In this document: positions 1 through 7,325 of the stretch, one piece after another
How positions within the stretch are numbered: the first letter of the stretch is position 1
Layout: each line of letters begins with the position of its first letter
From: a virus
Lineage: Duplodnaviria > Heunggongvirae > Uroviricota > Caudoviricetes
Reading direction: 5' to 3' (one strand)
IMG/VR virus record: IMGVR_UViG_2600255005_000005
Length of the DNA stretch: 14,025 nucleotides
Notes under the pieces: model-generated
Databases searched by the model: none
What the model was told of the DNA's origin: nothing
The model's input: the letters and a program-made list of their open reading frames with translations, nothing else
Position numbers and translations under genes: made by a program

Positions 1-1479
1 ATGCTGGAAACCGCCTTTCAGGGCGTGAATGCGGTTATTGGCAGTATCAGCAATCTGTTCAGAGATGATGACGAACCGCCAGCGGCGGAGTATATCGCGG
101 AAGGCGCTCGGGATGTGCGTATCAACAGCCAGCCGGCGGCACGCAGCGGGGCACGCTGTACCTGTGAGGCCCGGGTGGTGAATGAGCCGGGGGACGGGGC
201 GTTTGTGTCACCGGATGTCCGCATTGGGGGGTCGTTACTGGTGGTCAGGGATATCAGAAGCGGCAGGTCGCAGATAACCCTGGTGGCAACCGTGGCGCTG
301 ATGTTTCTCCGCCCGGGCAAAATGCTTTCTAAAATCGCCTGTTTTGCTGCCGGTGTCGGGATGAGCATGATAACACAGAAGGCCATCAGCGCCCTTCCAC
401 ATCCGGTCAACGCCGCCACCGGAGCCAAATATCTGGCGGATGACGACGATTTCGACTTCAGCCTGCCGGGTCACTTTCCGCTGGACTGGCAGCGTGTGTA
501 CAGCAGTCGTGACGAGCGCACGGATGGGATGTTCGGTCAGGGCTGGAGTGTGATGTATGAAGTGAGCCTCGAGCGCACACCGGGTAACGCGGACGAAAAC
601 TGCATGACCTTTGTGTCGGGTATGGGGCGACGCCTGGATATGGAAGCCGTGCTGCCGGGGAGCGGGTTTTACAGTCCCGGTGAAGGACTGGCAGTACGGC
701 GTGGTGAGCAGGGGCACTGGCTTATCAGCAGCGATGATGGACAGTTTTTTCTGTTTGAAGCCGACCCGCATCACCCGCAGCGCCAGCGGCTGAAAATGCT
801 GGGCGACCGTAACAGCAACTGTCTGAATCTGTACCACGACGAGCTGGGGCGCATCACGCAAATCAGTGGTGAACAGCGGCGTCCGTGCATCCGTCTGCAT
901 TACGACCTGGCGGCGCATCCCCGTCGGGTGACGCAGATTTATCAGCATTTCCCTGATACTGCACCTTTACTGCTGCGTCGTTACAGTTATGACGCCGCCG
1001 GGCAGCTGACCGGCGTGTACGACAGTACCGGCCACCTGCTGCGCGAGTTTGCCTACAACGATAATCACTGCATGACCCTGCACCGCCAGCCGGGCGGCGA
1101 GGGATATTATTATCAGTGGGGCTGGTATGACGGTCCGGATGACGCAGCGTGGCGGGTGACGGGGCACCACACGGACAGCGGTGAACAGTACCGGCTGGCG
1201 TGGAACCTGGCGGCGCGCAGGCTGTGCGTGACGGACGGTCTGGGGCGCACGCGTTATCATCAGTGGGATGCGCAGAACCAGGTGACGGCGTACCGGGACG
1301 AGGCCGGGCAGGTGATGACGTTCCGCTGGAGCGACGAAGAACGGCTGCTGCTGGGGATGACCGATGCTCAGGGCGGCAGATGGCGCTATGTGTATGACCG
1401 TCAGGGGCATATCACGGAGACGCACGACCCCAGCCACACCAGTGCTATAGCGGGATATCCAGACTGCATGAGCAATTGA
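1..1479 (+). CDS. Rhs-family (YD-repeat) protein, N-terminal fragment with PAAR-like region and hydrophobic segment; truncated relative to full-length Rhs (~1400 aa); 5' end may lie outside the window
   Basis: GC-rich ORF running from the window edge. Contains the Rhs N-terminal signature (LPGHFPLDWQRVYSS...GMFGQGWSV, compare RhsA LPGPLPFILSRTYSS...GVFGPGW) and YD repeats (YDAAGQLTGVYDSTGHL, YVYDRQGHITETHDP). Upstream are a QPAAR motif and a hydrophobic stretch (ITLVATVALMFL...IACFAAGVGMSMI). The last ~13 codons look non-Rhs. Confidence 0.7.
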   Translation: MLETAFQGVNAVIGSISNLFRDDDEPPAAEYIAEGARDVRINSQPAARSGARCTCEARVVNEPGDGAFVSPDVRIGGSLLVVRDIRSGRSQITLVATVALMFLRPGKMLSKIACFAAGVGMSMITQKAISALPHPVNAATGAKYLADDDDFDFSLPGHFPLDWQRVYSSRDERTDGMFGQGWSVMYEVSLERTPGNADENCMTFVSGMGRRLDMEAVLPGSGFYSPGEGLAVRRGEQGHWLISSDDGQFFLFEADPHHPQRQRLKMLGDRNSNCLNLYHDELGRITQISGEQRRPCIRLHYDLAAHPRRVTQIYQHFPDTAPLLLRRYSYDAAGQLTGVYDSTGHLLREFAYNDNHCMTLHRQPGGEGYYYQWGWYDGPDDAAWRVTGHHTDSGEQYRLAWNLAARRLCVTDGLGRTRYHQWDAQNQVTAYRDEAGQVMTFRWSDEERLLLGMTDAQGGRWRYVYDRQGHITETHDPSHTSAIAGYPDCMSN

Positions 1480-1495
1480 TTCATCACGCAGCCGT

Positions 1496-2902
1496 TCATT
1501 CACGGTTTGCATCATTGATTTCCATCAGCATTACACTCTGATTTTTTAATTCATCGATCACTTCCTCTGGACGGGAATCCTGATCGATAAATTTCAACGC
1601 CTGCAACACCCGAACCGCATCAATCTGACGTATATCACCGCCCTGACGCAATGACTGAACAGCCAGCGCGGAGGATGAGTCAAACACCTGGGCAGATACA
1701 TCCAGTTCAGTGCGCACATCCACATTGCCACCGCAACTCTCTCCGCTCCATTCCGCCATTATCTGGAGAATATTATCGAGGGCATCTTCGAGGGAGTTCG
1801 CCATTGTATAAAGCGGCGAGTGTTCCTGCATCCGCTCTTCATTAGTCTGATCAACAGATTTGGTGGATGTATTTTCAGCCCGCAGAAGTTTAGCGCCGGC
1901 ATGACGCATCTGATTTTCCAGCTTCTCAAGTGATGTTTCGCCAGATTCTATCGCTGCGCCACTATGTTCAACATATTCGAGGCCATTTTTTGTTCTGTCC
2001 TCAAAAATCGTAGCGGTGGATGCACCAACCGTCAGTTCTTCATTCCTGTCCAGCCCGTAGGCCACCAGCAATGGAACGCGGGCAACATGAAGAATATTGT
2101 CCTGCTCGCTCTGGCTTTGCCAGTGCTTGATATTCAGCAAGCCAAGATTAAGCAATGGCGGTGTACCACGCATAAACCCTGTTTTCTTCGTATACAGTGT
2201 TACCAGAGGAATATCATCACGGCTGGTATTCCATGACTCATGAAGCATCCAGACAGATTCGCCATTAGTACCTTCGCTGCGTCGATAAATTTCTACTCGA
2301 CGGGGCATAATATGGCGGATCTGCTCCACCTTCTTCTGCCCGAAATCATCACCATCAATAATGATGACCTCTTTTATACGCAAATCAGTGAGAACAACTT
2401 TCCCTTTTTCAACTTTCGATTTCCATCCAATAACCTGGCGTGGATTCAGCATCGTAACGTACGGGCGACCACCGGCCGCGTTTTCATCGGCTTTTGTCCG
2501 AATCTCGTTCATATCCGTTCGTGGATAGTCCACCAGCGCATGTGCCACACCATACTGAAATGCGAGACTGAAAAATTGCTGCGCCCACACATCCAGTCGG
2601 CTCCCCTCCATGTCGATATTTTCTGCATATTCCCTGATTTTTTCCGGCGTTTCCTCACTCAATACTGTCGGCTCTGCAAATATTCGCCCAATATTTTGTT
2701 TGATGCTTTCTTCATACACAGGAAGTAGCGTAGCCACAGACAGGCGTTTTTTATAAGCGTCTTCATCTTCATTAGGCCATTTGGGGAGATAATTTTCCCC
2801 CTGCCTGCGCATTTCAAGCGTACCGCCCATCAGTGCGTCGTTAATATCCCACGCCTCCAGCATATCGTTATAGTCGAGGTTGGGTGTTGATATATCAGCC
2901 AT
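1496..2902 (-). CDS. putative phage portal protein (called by position immediately downstream of terL)
   Basis: 468-aa acidic protein. ATG at 2902 lies 2 nt after the terL stop (2905-2907). Gene order terS-terL-third gene is the canonical place for portal. No diagnostic motif recognised. Confidence 0.45.
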   Translation of the reverse strand: MADISTPNLDYNDMLEAWDINDALMGGTLEMRRQGENYLPKWPNEDEDAYKKRLSVATLLPVYEESIKQNIGRIFAEPTVLSEETPEKIREYAENIDMEGSRLDVWAQQFFSLAFQYGVAHALVDYPRTDMNEIRTKADENAAGGRPYVTMLNPRQVIGWKSKVEKGKVVLTDLRIKEVIIIDGDDFGQKKVEQIRHIMPRRVEIYRRSEGTNGESVWMLHESWNTSRDDIPLVTLYTKKTGFMRGTPPLLNLGLLNIKHWQSQSEQDNILHVARVPLLVAYGLDRNEELTVGASTATIFEDRTKNGLEYVEHSGAAIESGETSLEKLENQMRHAGAKLLRAENTSTKSVDQTNEERMQEHSPLYTMANSLEDALDNILQIMAEWSGESCGGNVDVRTELDVSAQVFDSSSALAVQSLRQGGDIRQIDAVRVLQALKFIDQDSRPEEVIDELKNQSVMLMEINDANRE

Positions 2903-2904
2903 AA

Positions 2905-4215
2905 TTAAATCCGAAGTGATGTGACTCTTCCGGTCGGTTTGACAATAGGGAATTGCTTAACGATGAAATAACCTCCGGCATCATTCGGGTGATCATTGCC
3001 AGATTTTTTATCAGGCTCCCCCTTATCATCCCAGACCTGTTGCTCCAGAGATTCGGCATATACCGGACAACGCTTCACATTAACTTTATAGCGACGCTCA
3101 CCATTGGCATTGCAGAACATTGCATTCATTGAGTTAACGCGATCTTTTACTGGCGGGTTCGAGCTGTTCACCACAACGTTAAAACCTGCCTGCTTAAGCT
3201 GGGCTATATCCGTCGTACTTGCGTTACTTGATTTTCTGGAATCTCCGGAAGCATCTGGATAAATATAAATCTCCCTCACTTTCCGGTAATCATGCCCGTC
3301 ATACGGCCAGAAGCGTTCTTTAATGATGCGGATCATATCCGGCGTATCGTAGGCATTGATGATTTCAGTTACCGCACATGGAAGCCCCAAACGCAGCACA
3401 TGGACGATTCCCGCCATCTTTCCAACGTTAAAATCCATCCCAATATAAATCGGCTCCCCTGGCTGCTCCACTTCTTCGCAATTATTCAGTTTCCGGTCAA
3501 ACTGATGGTAAACAGTACCACTTGTCAGGTTAGTAAACTGTCCTCGCAGATAGGCTTTAATCAGCTCTGGAGGGTATGATTCAAGAAGCGAAGGAATGTA
3601 ATCTGCTGGCAGGTTCTTTTCATTATCGAAAGTAGATGCCTGCACCAGACCATACAGTGAGGCCAGCTCTGTTTTTTCACGCACGGCTTTAACAAACTGC
3701 TCGTAGACAAATTTGAATCCTTCCGGCGTGGTTGTAACGTCAATACCGTTGCGAAGTCCATCAATCTTATAACGCATACGCGCAATTATCTTGCGCCACG
3801 CCGTTCTGGCTTTTTCCTTCGGCAAAATGTCCAGTTCATCCACCAACGCATTACCAATTTTGAAACCGACGATCGTTTGTGGCTTCTCCATCGATCTGCA
3901 GATAGTGGTTCCCCGATACTGGCGTCCGTAATAAAAGTGAACCTCTTTATTTCCCTCATTAATTTTTACGTTCAATCCCCAGTCAGCAGCAACTTCTTCC
4001 ACTGTAGGGTAAAAAATATCGCGAATTTGGGGATACGTTGGCGCAAAATATCCCTGATTTATACCTGGATGCTCCCAAATCCCCTTGCATATGCCGCCAC
4101 ACCCAACCCATGTTTTGCCCGAGCCAAAACCAGCAATATAGGCTTTAAATTTATGGGGCATTGAAAGAAATCGCGCCTGAGGCACATTAAGCGTCGGAGA
4201 GATCATCTTCATCAC
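2905..4215 (-). CDS. terminase large subunit (ATPase/nuclease)
   Basis: Walker A AGFGSGKT and Walker B-like LVDELD, with a C-terminal acidic nuclease-like region (IYIGMDFN, YIYPDASGD). Start is ambiguous among ATGs at 4215, 4212 and 4206; AAGGAG precedes them and favours 4212. Overlaps the terS 3' end. Confidence 0.85.
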   Translation of the reverse strand: MMKMISPTLNVPQARFLSMPHKFKAYIAGFGSGKTWVGCGGICKGIWEHPGINQGYFAPTYPQIRDIFYPTVEEVAADWGLNVKINEGNKEVHFYYGRQYRGTTICRSMEKPQTIVGFKIGNALVDELDILPKEKARTAWRKIIARMRYKIDGLRNGIDVTTTPEGFKFVYEQFVKAVREKTELASLYGLVQASTFDNEKNLPADYIPSLLESYPPELIKAYLRGQFTNLTSGTVYHQFDRKLNNCEEVEQPGEPIYIGMDFNVGKMAGIVHVLRLGLPCAVTEIINAYDTPDMIRIIKERFWPYDGHDYRKVREIYIYPDASGDSRKSSNASTTDIAQLKQAGFNVVVNSSNPPVKDRVNSMNAMFCNANGERRYKVNVKRCPVYAESLEQQVWDDKGEPDKKSGNDHPNDAGGYFIVKQFPIVKPTGRVTSLRI

Positions 4216-5281
4216 TCCTTACTCTGGCATCAACCACATTAATATTGATCGCCACAGGCTGGGGATGTTCATTATCTTCCACCGTTTCGATCTCTTTGCG
4301 CAGCTTCTGGTTTTCCATTCTGCGCCGTTCAATTTCCAGTTCCTGTAGCCGCTTATCTGCACATAAAGCCCCGCCAGCAGAAAGCAAACGCAACAATTCA
4401 CGCCGGGCGGCAGCCTTATCCTCCAGCAGGATCTCAACGCCGAATTTTCCGAATTTTGCCCCTGCATATAATTGCCGCGCATCCCCATCAAGCAGAGTGG
4501 TATCAGCCATATAAAGCTGTCCCGTTCCCTCACCGCAGCACTTCGGGCAGTCCGGATTGGGTATGGCGTTATCAACAAAGCCGAGGCCTCCATATTCCGG
4601 TTCGGGTTTGCCATCTCTGGAAGCCTGCGCCGCTGCCTTGTCGAATTCTGCTATATCGCGCCACTGGTAGAGATGATTCTCGCCCCAGCAATAACGGCAG
4701 TTAACACGGCGAAATTGTGCAAGCTGATTGGGGTCGGCCAGGACAATGGCCATCAACTGACTCACTAGTAAATCCAGGTCTGCGGTATAGCGTTTCTGGT
4801 ACTGATTGCGGAAGTAGCTGATAGCGCGAAAAACCCTGGCATTTCTAAGCATACGACTGGCGTTGCTGTTAGCTGTCGCACCTTGCCCCTCATAACCGGC
4901 TAGTCGGTACGCCTCTGTCGGCTTTTTACCCTGAGCAACAAGCATCGCAAACTTAGCCTGCTGGTCAGAAATGCCGAATTCATCGGGACAGAACGAAAAT
5001 TCCTCCGCGTCGCCCTCATTCAGGCCCGCATCGAATACTGGCTTTTTTTCCTGAGATTTTTCGTTCCGCTTTTGTGCAGTCTGCGTAGATTTTTTCTGCG
5101 CACTTTTTTGCGCAGTTTTGCGCATTTCTGTCTGCGCATTTTTCGGAGTTTTTTTGATGTAACGACGGGCTGTTGCGTAATTCAGTCCCCTTGCTTCACA
5201 CCATGCCACCGGAGATATACCGGAGCGGGTGTATTCAGCAATATACTCCTGCTGCAACGCCCCCCAGTCCGGTCTGCTCAT
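4187..5281 (-). CDS. terminase small subunit-like DNA-binding protein (unusually long, 364 aa)
   Basis: N-terminal HTH-like region (GISPVAWCEARGLNYATARRYIKK), a Lys/Gln-rich low-complexity linker, a terminase-small-like segment (KKPTEAYRLAGYEGQGATANSNASRMLRNARV), a Cys cluster (CRYCW...CPKCCGEG) and a C-terminal coiled-coil-like tail. Sits immediately upstream of terL with overlap. Confidence 0.6.
   Translation of the reverse strand: MSRPDWGALQQEYIAEYTRSGISPVAWCEARGLNYATARRYIKKTPKNAQTEMRKTAQKSAQKKSTQTAQKRNEKSQEKKPVFDAGLNEGDAEEFSFCPDEFGISDQQAKFAMLVAQGKKPTEAYRLAGYEGQGATANSNASRMLRNARVFRAISYFRNQYQKRYTADLDLLVSQLMAIVLADPNQLAQFRRVNCRYCWGENHLYQWRDIAEFDKAAAQASRDGKPEPEYGGLGFVDNAIPNPDCPKCCGEGTGQLYMADTTLLDGDARQLYAGAKFGKFGVEILLEDKAAARRELLRLLSAGGALCADKRLQELEIERRRMENQKLRKEIETVEDNEHPQPVAININVVDARVRSDEDDLSDA
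5073..5138. repeat. phased array of palindromic hexamers TGCGCA (4 perfect plus TGTGCA and TGCGTA), each followed by a T-tract, at ~10-14 bp spacing inside terS
   Basis: Read directly: tgtgca(5073), tgcgta(5082), tgcgca(5097), tgcgca(5109), tgcgca(5119), tgcgca(5133). Confidence 0.6.
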
Positions 5282-5284
5282 CAG

Positions 5285-5536
5285 TTAGTCCTGATTTTTA
5301 TCCACCCTGAGTAGTTCGCGCAGAGCAAAGGCATCCCCTTTTCTGGCAAGCTTAAACAATGCCGCTCGTAACTCGGCTTCACCTTTCGCTCTGCCCTTAC
5401 GGATGGCCGCATAAAAATCTGTCATTGCTTCCCGATTTTCTTTCAGTCGGTTCAGATCAACATCCAGAACGTCAGCGATTTGTTGTGCAGTCATCCGGCA
5501 CGCTGCCAGAGACTCGACTTTCGAATACGGAATCAT
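5285..5536 (-). CDS. hypothetical small protein (83 aa), possible DNA-binding helper of packaging
   Basis: ATG at 5536 preceded by GGGGTGA. Stop lies 3 nt before the terS start. Basic, helical composition. Confidence 0.45.
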   Translation of the reverse strand: MIPYSKVESLAACRMTAQQIADVLDVDLNRLKENREAMTDFYAAIRKGRAKGEAELRAALFKLARKGDAFALRELLRVDKNQD

Positions 5537-6404
5537 TTGTCACCCCCATTGATATGCAGGGTGTCTTCTTCCTGTATTTTTCGTGAAGGATTTTTACTGC
5601 AGCGTTGTTCCAGGTGACCTGATGGTGAATGCGTTTATGGCTGGCACCCATCAGTGAAATTTTTACGCACGACGGCGCATACATGACGGAGTAAAAACTT
5701 TTAACGTAGGTTCCGGAATCCAGATACAGCTCGGTCATTCCGCCGCTGTTTTTCTGCGTCTGTTTCTGCCCTAACTGGACAGCACCGATCGTCATAAACA
5801 ATTCACCACAGCGACCGAGATTCGTGTACGTATTCACATCCTCGTTAATGCGCCCCATGAATGAGAACGGTCGATCAACCGAACAGATAAAGCTGTTCAT
5901 TGCCTTGCGTTTCACCCACGAAGCATGGCCGCCATTGTCACCAAGAAAATCCCCGCCCTGCGACATAGCGATGGAAAGAGCAGGTATTGATTCGTAGTAC
6001 GCCAGCATTTCAGAAAGGATCGCATCCAGTTTCCTTATCGGAAAATAGGCCTGGTCATAGTTGCGATCCACCCGAAACTGGAACTCGTGATAATCATCAT
6101 CGAGCTGAATGAAGTATTTACACCCGACCAGTTTTGCCAAGTCGAAACAGGCATTACGGGCGTAAAAAATTGAGCGGCGGTCACAGAAATTATCGGCTTC
6201 GTCAAAACGACTGGCGATATCGGCTTTGGAAAACACCAGCACCTGTTCACCAAATTCAGCCATGTACTGATGCCGTGTCTTATCTTCATCATCAACAACG
6301 ATAAAAATTTTCCCGGTATAGCCAGCACGACGCAACGTCCGGTAAGTCAGAACTTTGTCCGGTCGCCCGTGAGTCAGAATAAAGGCGCAAAAATCATCAC
6401 GCAT
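5472..6404 (-). CDS. hypothetical protein with GT-A-fold glycosyltransferase-like motifs (soluble, ~310 aa)
   Basis: Ordered motifs FILTHGRPD, IFIVVDDED and FIQLDDDYHEF (DxD), with no hydrophobic TM segment. Preferred start is the ATG at 6404 (MRDDF), which overlaps the ParB-like stop as ATGCGTGA and is preceded by GGAGGAGGA; the longest ORF would start at 6425. Confidence 0.5.
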   Translation of the reverse strand: MRDDFCAFILTHGRPDKVLTYRTLRRAGYTGKIFIVVDDEDKTRHQYMAEFGEQVLVFSKADIASRFDEADNFCDRRSIFYARNACFDLAKLVGCKYFIQLDDDYHEFQFRVDRNYDQAYFPIRKLDAILSEMLAYYESIPALSIAMSQGGDFLGDNGGHASWVKRKAMNSFICSVDRPFSFMGRINEDVNTYTNLGRCGELFMTIGAVQLGQKQTQKNSGGMTELYLDSGTYVKSFYSVMYAPSCVKISLMGASHKRIHHQVTWNNAAVKILHEKYRKKTPCISMGVTNDSVFESRVSGSVPDDCTTNR

Positions 6405-7188
6405 ATTCCTCCTCCTCACCACCATGCATGATCTCCACCATGCGCTGCGTCATCCGGACAAATCCATTTTCAATAGCCTGCTGATAATCAATGATCACCA
6501 GCGCCGACTCCTCGAAAAAACACTGAATTTCAGCGGGGGCGTGAGCGTAATAGTCCGCAATTCTGCTGAAATTAAACACCGTGTGACGTTCTGCCGCACA
6601 CAGGAGGAATTTCTCAATATCAGGCTCAAGGGAAGCCAAACGTATCCGGCTGATCAGCTCCTGCGTTTTCGTATCGTCGTACAGTTCACTGATATCCGGT
6701 TTACCGCCCGACGGCTCATAAACAGGCGTATCAATTTTCGTCGTATACGGCTCCTCCTCATTTCCTGTACCGGGCAAAACATCCGTCAACAGTTCATCAA
6801 TTTCTGTCGGGATGAAGCCTGTCAGGGAGACATCAAAATCAGCATTGATTAGGTCCGACAGCTCCATCCGCAACAGATCTTCATCCCAGCCAGCATTCAT
6901 CGGCAGGCGATTATCTGCCAGGCGGTACGCCTTTTTCTGCTCATCCGTCAGGCCAGACAGAACAATGACCGGAACAGAATCCATTTTGAGCATTTCAGCC
7001 GCCATAACACGACCGTGACCCGCAATAATTTCGCCCTTTTCGTCAATCAGCACCGGATTAGTCCAGCCGAATTGCTTAATACTTTCTACCAGTTGTGCCA
7101 CCTGCTCAGGGCTGTGCGTCCTGGCGTTGTGCGCATACGGTGACAATTCTTGTAATGGGCGATAGACTATCTTTAATTTCTCGCTCAT
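6397..7188 (-). CDS. ParB-like nuclease domain protein
   Basis: ParB/Srx N-terminal signature (NPVLIDEKGEIIAGHGRVMAA) followed by an acidic C-terminal half. ATG at 7188 with AAGGA just upstream. Confidence 0.75.
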   Translation of the reverse strand: MSEKLKIVYRPLQELSPYAHNARTHSPEQVAQLVESIKQFGWTNPVLIDEKGEIIAGHGRVMAAEMLKMDSVPVIVLSGLTDEQKKAYRLADNRLPMNAGWDEDLLRMELSDLINADFDVSLTGFIPTEIDELLTDVLPGTGNEEEPYTTKIDTPVYEPSGGKPDISELYDDTKTQELISRIRLASLEPDIEKFLLCAAERHTVFNFSRIADYYAHAPAEIQCFFEESALVIIDYQQAIENGFVRMTQRMVEIMHGGEEEEYA

Positions 7189-7202
7189 ACATCCTTGCTT
7201 TA

Positions 7203-7240
7203 TGAATAAAACGCACCCCAGCAGCCAGTGCTACTGGGGG
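7203..7240 (-). terminator. candidate intrinsic terminator downstream of trkG
   Basis: On the minus strand a ~10-bp stem hairpin (CCCCAGUAGC / GCUGCUGGGG, 4-nt loop) is followed by UGCGUUUUAUU. Confidence 0.4.
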
Positions 7241-7325
7241 CGGAGGTGTTGCTGGTAAAGTTAGGTATTGGATCAATGAGTGAGTCAACATAATATTAAA
7301 CTCACAATTATAAATCAGCCATATA

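Noticed and set aside
18-1515. Minus-strand ORFs 18..428, 235..948 and 967..1515, and plus-strand ORFs 611..793 and 1200..1397, overlapping the Rhs coding region
   Set aside because: Shadow ORFs in a GC-rich region. The Rhs frame carries recognisable motifs and the others do not. Only the first ~25 codons of 967..1515 may be a genuine remnant of the gene after portal, and that is discussed as a finding.
1651-2728. Plus-strand ORFs 1651..1845, 1964..2236 and 2240..2728 antisense to the putative portal gene
   Set aside because: Fully embedded antisense to a long coherent minus-strand gene in an operon with coupled starts; no start signals noted.
3292-5314. ORFs 3292..3579(+), 3561..3785(-), 3877..4164(+), 4219..4614(-), 4245..4514(+), 4456..4704(+), 4472..4768(+) and 5072..5314(+) inside terL/terS
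   Set aside because: Alternative-frame or antisense ORFs within genes that have clear terminase motifs; most likely spurious.
6405-6425. N-terminal extension of the GT-like ORF to position 6425 (MVVRRRN...)
   Set aside because: The internal ATG at 6404 has a strong GGAGGAGGA SD and overlaps the ParB-like stop in the coupled ATGCGTGA arrangement; the extension would overlap ParB-like by 29 nt.
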